This document shows positions 1 to 14,476 of a DNA stretch of 64,000 nt, piece by piece; position 1 is the stretch's first letter, and each line of letters begins with the position of its first letter. Below the pieces are notes generated by a model. That model made no database searches and was not told the DNA's origin. It saw only the letters and a program-made list of their open reading frames with translations. Source of the DNA: Ylistrum balloti (Eukaryota); NCBI RefSeq assembly GCF_031769215.1, contig NW_026781988.1:310001-374000 (forward strand). The letters run 5' to 3'. The translations under genes were made by a program, and so were the position numbers.

Positions 1-1589
1 ATCACTTTTTAAGTTTAAGATCCAGAATTATTACACCATTCTAGGAATATATCATGCCGATTCTAAAAAGCAATATATATATTTGTGTATGTCATTATGT
101 TATTTAAAGTGTTAAAATCTATACTCAATATGATTAGAACAACCCACCTTGACTTGCATGTTGAGATCTCAGGTATAGTGTACTGTGGATCACGGTGACG
201 ATTGGAGACGTTAGTGATCAAAGCTGAATAATAATCAGAAATTATAGTTGAATTCTTTTTTTATACCCAGAATAACAAATCCCTGGCACTACAGGTGAGT
301 GATTTGATCGACCAATCAGCGGACAGAATTACGGCCATCGTCGCTGACATGTACTCATCTCCTTGTGAACTTACCTGTCCCGGTGTCTCGTAGTGCTCTA
401 GCACGTTTCTGCAAGATACACGTAATTATTTGATTGGTAAGGTAAACAGATTTATGGAGTTAATCTAATTTACCAATTAATTATTGTCTAAACAGAATGA
501 TTAATCACTCTTGTTGTCACACCTAAATAGTGACCACCGGTCAGGCACGTGCGGCAAAATTTCGTGTGATGGATTTCACTCGAACTCATCAAAATCACTC
601 ACGGTTTCATAAATGGTATATGACACGAGTATTCAAATCAAAGTCAATATAACTAAACAATGATAATAAAAAATAGAAATTAAACAATTGTCTGTCAATT
701 TTTTCTTGAATTTGAAAACTTGTGTGATGTGTTTCGGAGTTAAAATGTTTATTTTTTAAGGGAAATGTCATTTTTAATCGGTAAAAATGAATTTCTGTGG
801 TCCATCTTTCCCCGAAAAGTCAATATTTAATTTTTTAAGTTTGAAACTTTAATAATATATTTGATATATGATGCAACCCGTTGAACATTACCAAATTATA
901 TAAACCAATTTTAATACAGGTCCCTTCCTCGGTGTATTTTAAAGATGGGTCCTATTGGAACACTTTAAAAACTGTACACGTGGAATTTTACTTTTCAACA
1001 CCATATCAACCAGCTTAATACGGGAACATAGGAAACTTGTATTTACGTTTTAAAAGACTACATATCGAAGAAAGTAAAAATCTGTTTGCAATTTTTTGTG
1101 TTAAAAATCTTTCCCTATATCACATGGGGGTAGTTTTTTTCGATGTTATCTCCTGCTGTTATTTTCGTCCGTGTCTTCTGTCATTTTGGTTAATGAAGAT
1201 ACCAAATAGCATTGCTGCCCCCAATGTAATTTTTGTGGTACCTCTTACTTCATATACTATTTATCTATTCTTGGTTTCCGTAGTGACATCTGTTCTCATA
1301 CGACCTGACTGTTCAATAGCATAAATTAATTTTTGAAAATCCCCAAAACATCTGAACGTCTTCTCTTTCACTCGAAATTTCTTTTCTATTCTAAAATTCT
1401 GTTCCATTTTTCAATTTAATAAAGACAAGTTGTAAACAATATGTGTAGTTCATATTAATATTTCTTAATTTTTCATTAATTTAATTTCTGTACAAAGTTT
1501 ATCATGAGTCTGTTAATTTACAGTGTCGTTGATTTTAATCACAATCCGACCTGGGATCATCTAGATTAGGAGTCATTCTGAAGTTATCT

Positions 1590-2000
1590 CATTTCAAAAT
1601 ATTTTATTCTCAATACATATACATTACAATAATTGAATTTACAAAAGAAAGTACAGTATATATGTATTAACAAAAGGAATTAGACAACAGGCGTATAGCC
1701 TATATAAGTATTTTCCTACAAGTTACCGGAACTGTTTGTTTTATTTTAGAGTATAATATAAATTAAGGACGGAAGCTGAGAAGAATAATGAGCATAAATA
1801 TGAAAATAAAAACACATTCTCACTCATTCTCATACATGTACTATAAATGAAATTCAGTTAGAACTTGCAATGATAATTTTACTTGAGATTTACAAATCGT
1901 TTAGTTTTTTTAAGATAGGAGCTAGTATTCTCAAGTATTCACACCGTCAGTCTACCAATGACACGATATAATAAAACTTGAAGATTCACAAACCCGAGAA
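1590..2000 (-). mobile_element. Possible decayed 3' end of an old LINE
   Basis: Minus strand shows a hairpin AGGC-TATAC-GCCT (~1689-1701), then AATAAA (~1603-1608). Upstream is a stop-ridden frame with weak resemblance to the LINE C-terminal cysteine motif (ICKSQV...ENE*ECVLFS). Confidence 0.3.
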
Positions 2001-3519
2001 GGTTATAGATAGTGGTAATGTGATGCCTGTAATTTACATGAAGGGGACATTGGAAGAAGTAATGTACCAGGATTGGTATGAACAAAAGTTATGATAATAC
2101 TGAAAATAGTGTATTCTGTTTCTTCAATAAAAGACACATTTAAATTGAAGCTGTATCTTCATTGTTTTGTTTTTAAAATGGATTTGCTCCGCTCCCCCCC
2201 CCCTCCCCCCATACTCCCCACTATCGCAGTTTCATTTCATTTCAACGACCTATATAAATCTTCAACAGTGGTGGTTATAAATATCAAAAGTATGTATTTA
2301 ATTCTACTGCTTCATTTACTGAAATGCTGCAAACCATGGATTCCTATCAATAAGTATGGCACGCATATCTCGTTCCCTGTAGACGTGACAGTTACAATCA
2401 GCAAACATCAATCCCACGATACAATAAATATTAAGAACATTTCAAATACCAGCTCTAGCTGATATTATCGTTTTATAGAAATTTTTACTAGGCTATTGTT
2501 CATAAAGGACTTTTTATCAAAATGAAATATATAGGATGATTACGATCTATGACAGAAAGCAATAAACCCACCCCTCACACCAGAGAACATGTAAGTTATG
2601 ATAACTAGAATAAAAGAATTATAAATAAGGTGTAATGATATATAGTAATGTTATATATTCTGTCTTGTCCAGTAGAGAGATTTGAGAGTATACCAATCAA
2701 AGATTTTATTAAATTACAAAACCAAGATTCAGTGAACTGAGAACAGCTCACCCTTCCAGTATACTACACCTAATTTGTGGTTTATCCAAGCTTCCGATAT
2801 ATTGATTTACAGGGACAGATCGAAGAGATCGATCTCTATCTACTACACATACATATATATACGTATATTATTTTGAAATATATGTTTTTACCTTAACAGA
2901 TCTACATAAACGATACTTTAAATTTTTGGACAGTTAACACTGATCACCAACATTACCAAGTGAGAGAAATAATCTAGTTTTAAGAATTTCGACAATGTTA
3001 GTTAAACTTTGAATACTTTTTGTAAATAAATATTTACATCCAAGTTATGGGATATTTACTGGTGACACTTTGGCTGTCAGAAATTAGATCATATAAAAAA
3101 CTGTTCTAGGTTTTAATAGAACACAGAACATAAAGGTGTGTATTTTTTGACGTCAGTAACAAAACTGACCATTATTTTAGTCTCCAAGCTTGACATTCAG
3201 TTTTGTGAATACGAGAAACACACACTCCTCTGCTCTTTACCTCAGGGATTACCAAAACGAACATGCTTGTTTTTGTAGATGATCGTTTAGTCTGTTGATA
3301 CTTGTGTGTTTATGAGTAGCTAATTATACATATTTCATTGCACGTGTATTATATTGCGCGTGAAACGACGAGCAACGCAATGGGAATAGCTCATAGGGAA
3401 ACAAAATTGTTTTTCTTCGCTATGGAAGCGAACCGAAGCTGTTTCGTTCGAGTGTGAAATTGTTGGACTGATTAACCGTCCCTCGCTGTAAGGTCTAGAA
3501 ATCTCCGTACCTAAACCCA

Positions 3520-3833
3520 NNNNNNNNNNNNNNNNNNNNNNNNNNNNNNNNNNNNNNNNNNNNNNNNNNNNNNNNNNNNNNNNNNNNNNNNNNNNNNNNN
3601 NNNNNNNNNNNNNNNNNNNNNNNNNNNNNNNNNNNNNNNNNNNNNNNNNNNNNNNNNNNNNNNNNNNNNTCNNNNNNNNNNNNNNNNNNNNNNNNNNNNN
3701 NNNNNNNNNNNNNNNNNNNNNNNNNNNNNNNNNNNNNNNNNNNNNNNNNNNNNNNNNNNNNNNNNNNNNNNNNNNNNNNNNNNNNNNNNNNNNNNNNNNN
3801 NNNNNNNNNNNNNNNNNNNNNNNNNNNNNNNNN
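3520..3833. other. Assembly gap (N run, interrupted by 2 called bases at 3670-3671)
   Basis: Seen directly. Confidence 1.
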
Positions 3834-4802
3834 TCTTGTTAATACAAATTTGTAAAATCTCTATCGGACAAGGACTTCATACACGTTTGAATACTTGTGC
3901 CTAATCCTCTTGTATATATTGATACAAATAAAATATGTTTTAATGAAAGTGTCCGTATGTCCGTTCATATGGTCCCTTACTTGTGTGTTGTCCGTCTTGA
4001 GTAAGTCTATACATGTATATATTATGCCGGTAGTTCGTGATGTCCTGGTATTCTCACAACCTGGAGTAATCTTACGGTTATTTGTGTTGGTTAACCGGAT
4101 GCATCCCTTAAAAAAAATAACATCATATGTTACAAATGTAAGGTCCGTTCATCTCTCATTTACACTTGTGTGCTAGTGAACGAACAACGCAAGACACACC
4201 CATGACAGCATTAGTCTTCGATGGAAAAGAAGCAGAGACTGGTGAGAAGTAAAGAGAACATAAACATGAGGGAAACAAAGGGAATTAGGATATCAAGAGA
4301 CCGGAAGAAATTAAGGCTGTAATTTAAATAAGACACCTACTTGCCTGGTTTATAGCCCGTCAATTGTCAGTCATTATATGGCGAATATCCATCTAGTTGT
4401 TAGTGGCTCTGTAACCGAACATTGCGGAAGGCCCGTCGCATGTCATTAAGAGCTGCTTCTCGAGTTAGCCATATCCGGAGTCGGTTTCATGATTAGTTTT
4501 CACTTTCCAGGATTTTTTTTAGCTCTAAGTTATCTATTTCCGGTCTCCGGTCAACAATGATGTTTAAAAGATAAACACGGTAGTTCTGTAATCCATCTTT
4601 ATTAACTATTACATAACATGAAATAGGACACACTGCCTAAAAGTTTATCAAGAAGACGCAAATGTTCAACTCCTTGATTCACGGTGTGATTTTTTTTAAA
4701 TTTGTTAAATGTGTTTTTTTAGCATAAATGTTAAATAAGACATACACGAAAAACCGACGTGTACCGATATGTTAAAATCATGTACGCCATCATCATGTAA
4801 TG

Positions 4803-4868
4803 GTCGGATGGCGCAGTGGTAACGTACTCGTCTTTCGCTTAAACGTCCGGGGTTCGATTCCCTGAACA
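4803..4868 (+). mobile_element. tRNA-derived SINE head or tRNA pseudogene
   Basis: Pol III A box TGGCGCAGTGG (4809-4819) and B box GGTTCGATTCC (4851-4861) at tRNA-like spacing. No convincing cloverleaf or anticodon arm. Confidence 0.6.
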
Positions 4869-5109
4869 CTCATCGAAAGGTTGGTTCAGATTTTGCTGTT
4901 TCAGATCCATCTCGAGCACGAACAACCCATACAATATGGCGACAGACAAAACAGAACAAAACAAAAAGAGATGCGCTGTGAGTATTAAAAATGCAGTGGA
5001 TTGTAAGATTTGGAAGGGGATTCAGAAGGAAAGCTGACTTAAGAAAAGGAGAGATTGGTTGGTAGCTGTAGCTCTTCTGTCCTTGATTATTGTCCCGCAC
5101 AAGTTGATG

Positions 5110-5340
5110 CTGTTTTGTGTTTCCTAGCTTATCCTTTTGGACAACCTCTGTATATTCCCGAGTAAGATGTTAATCGCTTAGTATCCCTCAGCAAGACTCT
5201 TGTTATATCCACACGTGATGAAGCGTCTTAGTGAGCGAGACTATTTGTCGTCATGTTGCTAACCGCCATTGGCGCAAAGGATTACTGAGAATTCCATGTA
5301 ACAATTTTATGACTGATAGTATGTCTGAACATTATCACAT
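5110..5340 (+). repeat. Dispersed repeat, copy 1 (related copy at ~18421-18645)
   Basis: Shared blocks ACTCTTGTT-T--CACAC-TGATGAAG-GTCTT-GTGA, TGTTGCTA-CCGCCATTGGCGCA and ATGACTGATAGTATGT. Confidence 0.75.
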
Positions 5341-6016
5341 TTTATTTAAGACGTGATATCATAATATCTCTTTATTTCTACAGCTACATTTATTCACAGT
5401 GGAAAAATGAGGCGACAATTCCCTCTTTTTAATCTATCGATTCCTCTGATTCAAACGTATTTTATTTGTTCAATATAACAAATGGGATTTTATTTGTTTA
5501 AATGGGATAAGTCACAAGTTATCATAATTTAGAAATGCCTTAAAAAGAAAGAAAGAAAGAAAAGAAAACAATTTCACGTAGATCTACAACAGAATACACT
5601 TTTATCAAATTTAATTTGCTACATGTATACATTTAAGATGAAGAGATCAGAAAACAGAATAACTTCAGGGAAAAAGTTAGAAAGAGAAGAATATAGAAAC
5701 ATGACTTACTGAAGCTAAGATATAAACAGATGACTTAAAACTGATTACTGATTTAAATAAAAGTCTAAAATGATTGAAATATATTTGGGTTTTGCTCATC
5801 GGTTTTAAGAGCCACTAATAAGGATTTTATTATGACAATACATTAACGAGAAATGTTATTAAATAAAATGTCATGCTGCCTTCTATTTTACCTACCGGGA
5901 ACGCGTAAGGGCTAACAAAATAGAAAGTTCATGTTAATGGCAATTCACGTGAATTTTCTATATTGTAAGCTCTAGCGCATACCCGTTAAGTGAAATATTT
6001 ATTTAAACTTACATTA

Positions 6017-6559
6017 CTGAGAGAACTGAGACACCAATAGTATTACAGTACTGAGAGAACTAAGACACCAAGTGAACTACAACACCAATAGTATTACAGT
6101 ACTGAGAGAACTGAGACACCAAGTGAACTACAGCACCACCTGAGAGAACTAAGGCACCAAGTGAACTACAACACCAATAGTATTACAGTACTGAGAGAAC
6201 TAAGACACCAAGTGAACTACAACACCAATAGTATAACAGTACTGAGAGAACTAAGACACCAAGTGAACTACAGCACCAATAGTATTACAGTACTGAGGGC
6301 ACTGAGACACCAAGTGAACTACAGCACCAATAGTATTACATTACTGAGAGAACTGAGACACCAAGTGAACTACAGCACCAATAGTATTACAGTACTGAGA
6401 GAACTAAGACACCAAGTGAACTACAGCACCAATAGTATTACAGTACTGAGAGAACTAAGACACCAAGTGAACTACAGCACCAATAGTATAACAGTACTGA
6501 GAGAACTGAGACACCAAGTGAACTACAGCACCAATAGTATTACAGTACTGAGAGAACTA
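6017..6559. repeat. 51-bp minisatellite, ~10 copies
   Basis: Unit CTGAGAGAACTGAGACACCAAGTGAACTACAGCACCAATAGTATTACAGTA. Explains ORF 6161..6643. Confidence 0.97.
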
Positions 6560-9088
6560 ATCAAAGGCCACAGTGGGCGTGGCTGTCTATATACTTTAAT
6601 GAATCAGTTTTATCACCTAATACGAAACCTCCACACCAGTTAACATAAAACAGAATTTATTGATGAAGGTGGTCAAGCGTAACCGTCGATCTATTTATAT
6701 ACCACTGTGTCGGACAACAAGCACCACAGGAGATAATTTCTAGAAGAAAAAAAGAAGTACAGAGGAGACTATTGGTTATCTAGCCCCCTACAATTTGTTG
6801 AGGATAAACTGACGGAAACAACGGGTGATGTGATATTTCAGTGTGGGCACTGACTTCTCTGATGCTCTCTATTAACTTCTAATGATAGACATTTGTTCAG
6901 AAATAATGTAAAGCTAGAGCTGTGGCTATGATTACAGACAGTACTCGTTAATATATCATACACACAATTATCGTTTCCAGGACAGTGGTTCTCTTTCGAT
7001 AAGTGTACATGTACGTAAAATCTCACTACAGTATCCCTTGTGTCAAATCAAACCAAAGAACCAGTGATAAATCACCAAATCTCGCTTGCTCTAATCGCTG
7101 TGATATTTAGGCTGGACCCCACGCCACCGATCTCTGCCATGTTTCCTAACAGCTGTACACTGCATCCTCAGCGCAGCTCAACTTTGTTACATTTTGGCGT
7201 TGTCATGGTAACTGATGACGGTAGTGTAGACTTTTTATGGTTTTTGAGACTGAGAGCCTCGGTTTTGGATTCTGATGGACTGCGTGCCCTCGCGTGTGAC
7301 TACGGAACGTGGATGAGTGACTTTTTAACTCATGTGTGTAGATTAACATGTGTGTCACACACTAGGACGCACACACAGTTTCCTCCTGGACTTCTGATCA
7401 TATCTTGGACACACTTACTCGGAGACTAGACCTATCGGTAAGATATTTACAGAGTTTTTTTTTCAGCGTTGTACATATATAAGTAGTAACAATGTAACGT
7501 ATTTTAGCGTGTCTCCAGATGTGGCCTTTCTGTAATTTGGAACCACTTCCTATATGTACATGTATTTGTTACAGGTGCCATGTAGAGTCGACGAACTACA
7601 CATGTGGCTGTGTATGGGACGGACTTTTTACGAACTCTTTATTTACGTCAGAAAAAAATGTTGACATTGACGACCATGAAAGGCATCGCGTTGACATTAA
7701 GTTCTGTTTGTTTTTTTTGTTGTTCCGGTTGCTCTAGAATGCTGTGGTAACTGTAGGATATTTTAACACATAACCAATCAACGGCTCATGTATCGTTCTC
7801 TTTGGGATCCGTCGGAAATCCAACATGGCCGCCTTAATCTCTGATTGGCTGGTACAGTTTTTTCTAGCTCTTATCTGCAGATCAAAGCCTGGGCACTTTT
7901 CGGTTCAAAATTTGATTTGGCCAATCAGGCCTTCATTTTCGTATTTTCGTCATTTTTTTCGTCTTTAACCAAATTTAGTTAATATACTATTTACGGTCCC
8001 AACTGTATTTTCCGTGACCAATTTCCGACTGACTTACCAGATAGATAGACCCTAGGCTCTTGAAAATATATCTTTGTTGTAATTCAGTTTTGCAGAATAA
8101 GACCCTTAAGGGTTCTACACTTAACTCTCCTATACAATCTAGCTTTAACATCTTGTACATACGTAACATCAATGGAGAGGTTGCCATAGTTACGTCGATG
8201 AGTTGTGGGTACATATGTACCAAGTAATGCTGCATACTTTGTGATTGATGTACTAACGCTAGGTAGCGCTAGGAATCAAACCCGGGTCATCTGATCTAAA
8301 TCATTCGATAGAAACTTTGAGTGGTCACCAGAGGTCCCAGGTTCGATCCCTTACAGAGAAAAAGTAAACGAAAAGACCTGTTCACAAATGGCACACATGT
8401 ACATTTAAGGAGAAGGAAATACCCTAACCTTAACACTTATCGCTAAATTGTTCCGCTCAGATGTCGACAGAGAAGTTTAAGGACGAGTTTCCAGTTCATG
8501 TCGGTGAAGCCCAGTAAAACTATAAATACTTGCCGAATCTGAGCCCATTGTATCGGTGAAACTTTTATTTATTTCATTCAACAGAGTCATTTCTAATGGG
8601 CAAATTGAAAAAAATTCTTTCCAGCAACTTATCATAGATATCTTAATTAATTGGTCACGTGACCGTTATTTCCACCCTACCAACCATCAAATCTCGTGCC
8701 GATCAAGGACGGCAAAGTTTGCCAAAAACATTGTTATCAAGTAGCTATGAAAATAATACAGTGTCGAATTTCGTTGTTATTTTGAAAATTATCTTGAAGA
8801 GCCCTGTTAAAGACAATCTCCAAAGTAGTAGGGTTCCAAATTTAATATATACGTTTTCCTTCACTGCCTTATCTCACGACTATCCACAGATTGGTTGCAG
8901 ACGAGAAATCTCTTCTTTTGAAGGTGAACGTATCACACCAAAATCAAAGGCTCTATTCAACACGTTGTCGTTTGTGCAATTATTAACATAAAAGTTTAAA
9001 CCAAAATCATTAAGGAATATCTACATGTATATTTACACTAAAACTGTAAACTCATAAGTGTGTTTTACCTGATTTGTACGAGGGTTTG

Positions 9089-10004
9089 TTTGTACGTGAG
9101 TGTATTTGTACGTGAGTATATTTGTACGAGAGTGTATTTGTACGTGAGTGTATTTGTACGTCAGTATATTTGTACGTGAGTGTATTTGTACGTGAGTATA
9201 TTTGTACGTGAGTGTATTTGTACGTGAGTGTATTTGTACGTGAGTGTATTTGTACGTGAGTGTATTTGTACGCGAGTATATTTGTACGTGAGTGTATTTG
9301 TACGTGAGTGTATTTGTACGCGAGTATATTTGTACGTGAGTGTATTTGTACGTGAGTGTATTTGTACGTGAGTATATTTGTACGTGAGTGTATTTGCACT
9401 TAAGTATATTTGTACGAGAGTGTATTTGTACGTGAGTATATTTGTACGTGAGTGTATTTGTACGTGAGTGTATTTTTACGTGAGTGTATTTGTACGTGAG
9501 TGTATTTGTACGTGAGTGTATTTGTACGTGAGTTGTACTTGAGTGTATTTGTACGTGAGTGTATTTGTACGTGAGTATATTTGTACGTGAGTGTATTTGT
9601 ACGTGAGTGTATTTGTACGTGAGTGTATTTTTACGTGAGTGTATTTGTACGTGAGTGTATTTGTACGTGAGTATATTTGTACGTGAGTTGTACGTGAGTG
9701 TATTTGTACGTGAGTGTATTTGTACGTGAGTATATTTGTACGTCAGTATATTTGTACGTGAGTGTATTTGTACGTGAGTATATTTGTACGTGAGTGTATT
9801 TGTACGTCAGTATATTTGTACGTGGGTGTATTTGTACGTGGGTATATTTGTACGTGAGTATATTTGTACGTGAGTGTATTTGTACGTCAGTATATTTGTA
9901 CGTGAGTGTATTTGTACGTGAGTGTATTTGTACGTCAGTATATTTGTACGTGAGTGTATTTTTACGTGAGTGTATTTTTACGAGAGCGTGTTTTACGTGG
10001 GTGT
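9089..10004. repeat. 16-bp minisatellite, ~55-57 copies
   Basis: Unit GTGAGTGTATTTGTAC with variants. Explains ORFs 9052..9399 and 9794..10006. Confidence 0.97.
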
Positions 10005-11845
10005 GATGTATACGATATTTTGTCTCAATGACTTAAATGATTACAGCAAGTGTGGCAACACTACTTAATGACCTCAATCGGCTTTAGAAATGGAGTGTCG
10101 ATGATTTTCACTGTTCAAAAGATTAATAACTGTTTGTTTTTGGGAAACAGTTTCTGACCTTTCTGTAAAAACCATCAGTGAAAAACAGTTCTGAAGACAA
10201 GTGCCAGAAAGACGGAAAGGTTCAACACCAGATTAAGTGGGGACCGTATTTTATCAAAATGCCGACACCTTTCAGAAATTTAAACGAGAAACGCCCTATT
10301 TTTGACGATGCTACAGACTGTACACATGAGGACAGAGTAAAATATTGTAAACTCTTGAATGTTAATGGTAAACACGTACTATATCACACAAAGAAACCAT
10401 ATCCTAATGGTTTAGTTATAATGTAAGTCTTTCGAAAAAGTAACTTGATGATCAGAACGATACTGTAAGTTTCGTCGATTCAAGAGATGCGCTTCACCGC
10501 TATATCTGTTTATCTCACGGCGACCTTCACAAAAGGGCCTTTTTTTCAAATAGAAATTTTCCAACACATTAAACATTTGTTTTTTTTCTGCGTGGAAAAG
10601 TGTTATTTTGCATAACGTTTCCACAACAGGGACATTAGCTTGAAGTAGACATGGTCGTTAAAATACATCTAAACTACGTTTTATAAGAAAAAAACTTATT
10701 TTAGTCAATTAGTGTAGTTAAGTTCACAAAACATTTTCCTTTTATTGTTTAAAGCACGCTGCTGTTCTAGCCCTTTCACAAGTAAATTGTTTCGCTGAGA
10801 ACAAGTGTTATTCAATTTTGTCAGTATTCATTATACGCACACGTAAGAAATAATTTTTGCTTGAAAACAAACTACTTCTCCTTTCGAGATGGATTCAGGA
10901 TGATCATCTCCCTCGGTATCAGCAGAAGACCGGCACACAGATAGATGTTTGTTTCAGTCATACCAACTTACGTAATAAGGAAATCAACACAGGCGGCAAG
11001 AAGGCCGTGAGAAATTGACATCGTTCCATTGAATATTTCGAAGCTTCAGGGACTGGTTTTGTATAAAAGCGGTTATCTTTTATAGAAAAAAATCCAGACA
11101 ACATCTGATTACGAGTGAACACTAAATTAACTATGGATGTTTATTGTTTATGTACAGTAGTAAGCATTGCACTGTACAAAGCCTTGAGAGAGCAAACCCG
11201 TAAAATTTTGAATATCTATTATTACAAGCGATGTATAATTATGTATCTTACCCAAACGAAAGGCCAAACTTTCCCAAGTTGTAGTTAGTTCATCATCTGG
11301 TTTCTTGGTTACGAATTTTTTCATTACAGTTTGTCATATATGTCGCGTGGGACCCTTACCCCCTCTTCCTCATCGCCAGAATGTCAACGATAGTTTGTGA
11401 GCGTGTCTTGTTTATCAACCCTCTCGTGGTGAAAAAGTCGGTGTGGGTGTCCGAATGTTGTCTGGTTTTGGAAAATGTGGGAGCTAATCCCATCATTGAC
11501 GTAGAAACAACCCCCCCCCCTCCCCGGCCACATGGAGGGGTAAAGGGATGGGTGGGACCTACGAATCATGTTATAATTCTTAATTCCATCTGACTATCTT
11601 AATCCTTTCATCTAATCCTATTTGTCGGTATTATTGCACAAACCCTTCACAGAATCTGATTCTCGCAGTCGATAAACAGCATGTTATATATACTTAATAC
11701 CAGAAATACTCATCTAGTACAGTGTTTACATTGCCAAATCATTTAATATATATTCTGTTTGAAAGTAAATTTATCATTCTTTACTAGATAAAAAAATGAA
11801 TATGTGGTACATATCACCGGGTGTGAACGGGTCATGGCACAACAC

Positions 11846-11926
11846 GACCTGTGGCGCAGCTCCCTGGCGCTAGGCGCTTCGTGAAACAACATGACCTGTG
11901 CCGCAGCTCCCTGGCGCTAGGCGCTT
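11846..11926. repeat. Short tandem duplication (~46-bp period, 2 copies)
   Basis: GACCTGTG(G/C)CGCAGCTCCCTGGCGCTAGGCGCTT occurs twice. Confidence 0.85.
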
Positions 11927-14105
11927 ATAAAGGGTATGATTGAGGATGATTAAACACTAGTGACCACACCCGCCTTTCATCAAGATAGGCAGTATTTAAC
12001 TCCATTATCGGAACAGGTACGAATTCAGATGTCCGAAAATGTGAATATTGGGTTATATTTGTCATGCGAAAATCGATGTGCGTTTTTTTTTTACTATTTT
12101 TACCAAAATATATCTTTTCCCAGATCAAGAAAAAACCTGAAATCTTGTTCGCGAGTCCTACAGGAAAGTGGTGAATCAAGTCAAAATTCACAAATTTGAA
12201 ATCTGTGACTTGTGATCATTTCCTGCAGACTGCCCACGAATACCAAAGTCATACTCAAGAGTTGATGAAGTTATTAACCAAATCACGCTTGTCAACTACT
12301 GCGTCAAAATATAGTCCATGTGCTACATTTCTACAAAATGTTATATAATGCTCCGTATTTCAGCTTAAATGCACATATAAAGATAATGAAGTATATTAAA
12401 ACACACAGAAGTATCTAATATTACATTAAAATTGGTTTTATATTAAATGATGTCTTACATCCGCGAAAGAATTGTTAAACACGTGGTACCATTAGTAGTT
12501 ATAGAATGTGTACGCTGTGCGTTGTGTCGAGGTAAAATGTTGCGATATGTTATGAAAACGAATTCTATTTTTAGTTTTACACTGGATAACAGTTGGGCTG
12601 GCTGGTGAAGCCATCTCGTTCAGTAGGACTGGTGCCGATGAATGGCTCGTTACCCTAGCATGGGGCACTGCTGGCACAGTGGAAACTCCGACTTCTCTGT
12701 ACAAACCTGTTGATAGATAAATATAAATGTCAAAAGTTACGGTACAGCAGTGTGTCTGAAGATTAGAGATGATACGGTACGGTAGATTGACGCTCGTTAC
12801 AGTATGGACCGTTAAGGTGTCTGTGTCCAAGAGATTCGGATGTTATTATGACCAGTAATTCCAGATAGTCTACATATCACTACCATACTATCCGATTTCT
12901 ATAGCTTATCGCACTATTGCCAATGTTACTGGGTGAAGCTGTACTTTGTCCTGCCTTAGTAGGTTAGACTTTGATATACTTTTTATTTTCACAACAGTCC
13001 AAACGAGATGTGCCGTATACCATACTGTCCAAACATGTATAAGGACTTAAGTTAAATAAACTTCAAAATTATACAACACTCATTTACGAAACTCTGAAGT
13101 ATAACCGAATTATTCATGCAAGCGTTTCTCAATATCAAACCAAAGTTTAACTCGACAACTCTTCCAGTGCCATAAAAAATACGATAAAATACTACATATG
13201 TTCGTGATTCTAATAGTTGACTTTCGGGCTAAGTATCCTTAAAATTGCTCCGCTGTTATCACAGAACAGTAATTTTCCAGTTGATTGTGATCATTACACG
13301 TCATTTCGTGTACGATAAGAGAATTAACTTTCAACTGATCGTTGATGACATAAAAAGTTCCTGTACACGGCACCTTTACAAACAGGAGGACGATAACGAT
13401 CGAATTTGGTTAGAGTTTGACCTGTGACTAACATGCATGATGTGAACCGACAGCGACATATCTTTATACGCTCTCCGTAACGATAGAGACCTTTCATATA
13501 CACGTAAATGTCGTATGCTTCAATCTCGGCTCCTCGATGAATGTCAGAAACTCCTAGTCACTTGAAAACTGTGGTCTATAAACCTACCTACCAGTCTGAG
13601 TTGATTACTAGTATACACCTCTTGAAACGCGCCTGTTGTCTTCTTCAAAAATCCATTCGTTGAGAAGTGGTTATTACCATGCAAGCACTCGTTATTTTAG
13701 AATTTGCAAACATTTCTTCGAAAAAAAGTAAGCCTCTAGAGTATTTTTGTAGCGTTTGTATGAATTGCATTCCATACAGCGGAATTTCATCTGGATACAG
13801 TTTGTATTTACAAAGCATTACGTAAATTACGTAAATGTAATGATCGGAATGTGGTTCACCACACAGCCGTCGAGTGCCAGTCTTTTCCTTCGTTCTACTT
13901 CTGTAGAATTTGGCAGGCATGGGTTTCGGTAACTGGCGTTAATTTTCTCCAGGTTTGAAACCTAAATGCTGTGTGAAGATGTTAAGTATCATTTCGTGCG
14001 AGGTTTGTTTAATTAGTCTCTCGTTCGACTCAGAAGTCAGATCGGAACTCGTGTGTCACCACCAACAAAGCATTGATGATACAAACTCATTACCTACAAC
14101 GAGTT

Positions 14106-14194
14106 TATAAAAAGACAAAGAGTAAACGTGAGAAAGAGAGAACTTTTGAGATCTGATGATGTACATTACGCCAAACTTGATGTTACAATGAGAG
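14106..14194 (+). promoter_or_regulatory. Candidate TATA box and first exon of the tetraspanin gene
   Basis: TATAAAA at 14106-14112 and donor AG|GTGGGT at 14195. ATG AGA G (14188-14194) spliced to the acceptor at 16819 gives an in-frame extension MRASFEI before MAVDGC. The acceptor TTTCCCAG| at 16818 implies that some upstream exon exists. Confidence 0.4.
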
Positions 14195-14476
14195 GTGGGT
14201 CACGTGTGGGCGTATTCCGCTGACATTCATAATGAAGAGTGTAGAATTATGCAAAGGTGTTTTTTTCTCTCAATGATTGAAATTGTAAGAAACGAGTGTT
14301 TTCAACATGGGAACTGCAGATTTGACAGCAATTTTCGGTATATGTGTCACATTCAATGAGCGTCTAAAAGGAAAAATAAACCCAATGAAGATTTTGCAAA
14401 AACCACACAAGTGAATAGTATCTTTAATGCAAATTTAGAGTCCGATACAGTTAGAGCCAAACCACGAATCAAACTG

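Noticed and set aside
3834-4200. Possible LINE or coding remnant after the gap
   Set aside because: Frames contain many stops and show no recognisable motif.
6017-6643. 160-aa repeat ORF, and a possible hammerhead in the 51-bp unit (CUGAGAGA-ACU..AGU-GAAC)
   Set aside because: The ORF is a repeat artefact. The hammerhead fit needs an extra core base, lacks G10.1-C11.1 and A15.1, and has no stem I.
7040-7960. GC-richer region with donor/acceptor-like sites and CAACATGGCCGCC/CCAAT words
   Set aside because: No coherent reading frame or family motif; probably a transposon remnant that cannot be assigned.
8270-8350. B-box-like words on both strands, also near 29280-29340 and 35303-35325
   Set aside because: No matching A box at proper spacing; at most decayed SINEs, not tRNA genes.
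9052-10006. Repeat ORFs and a possible CRISPR-like array
   Set aside because: 16-bp units with no unique spacers, in eukaryotic context. None of the arrays in the window has repeat-spacer architecture.
11384-11569. GRGGGCFYVNDGI, resembling a LINE endonuclease motif
   Set aside because: The GGG comes from a poly-C run and no other endonuclease motifs are nearby.
12575-12708. Possible orphan minus-strand exon (GLYREVGVSTVPAVPHAR...)
   Set aside because: Reasonable acceptor but weak donor, no partner exons and no recognisable homology.
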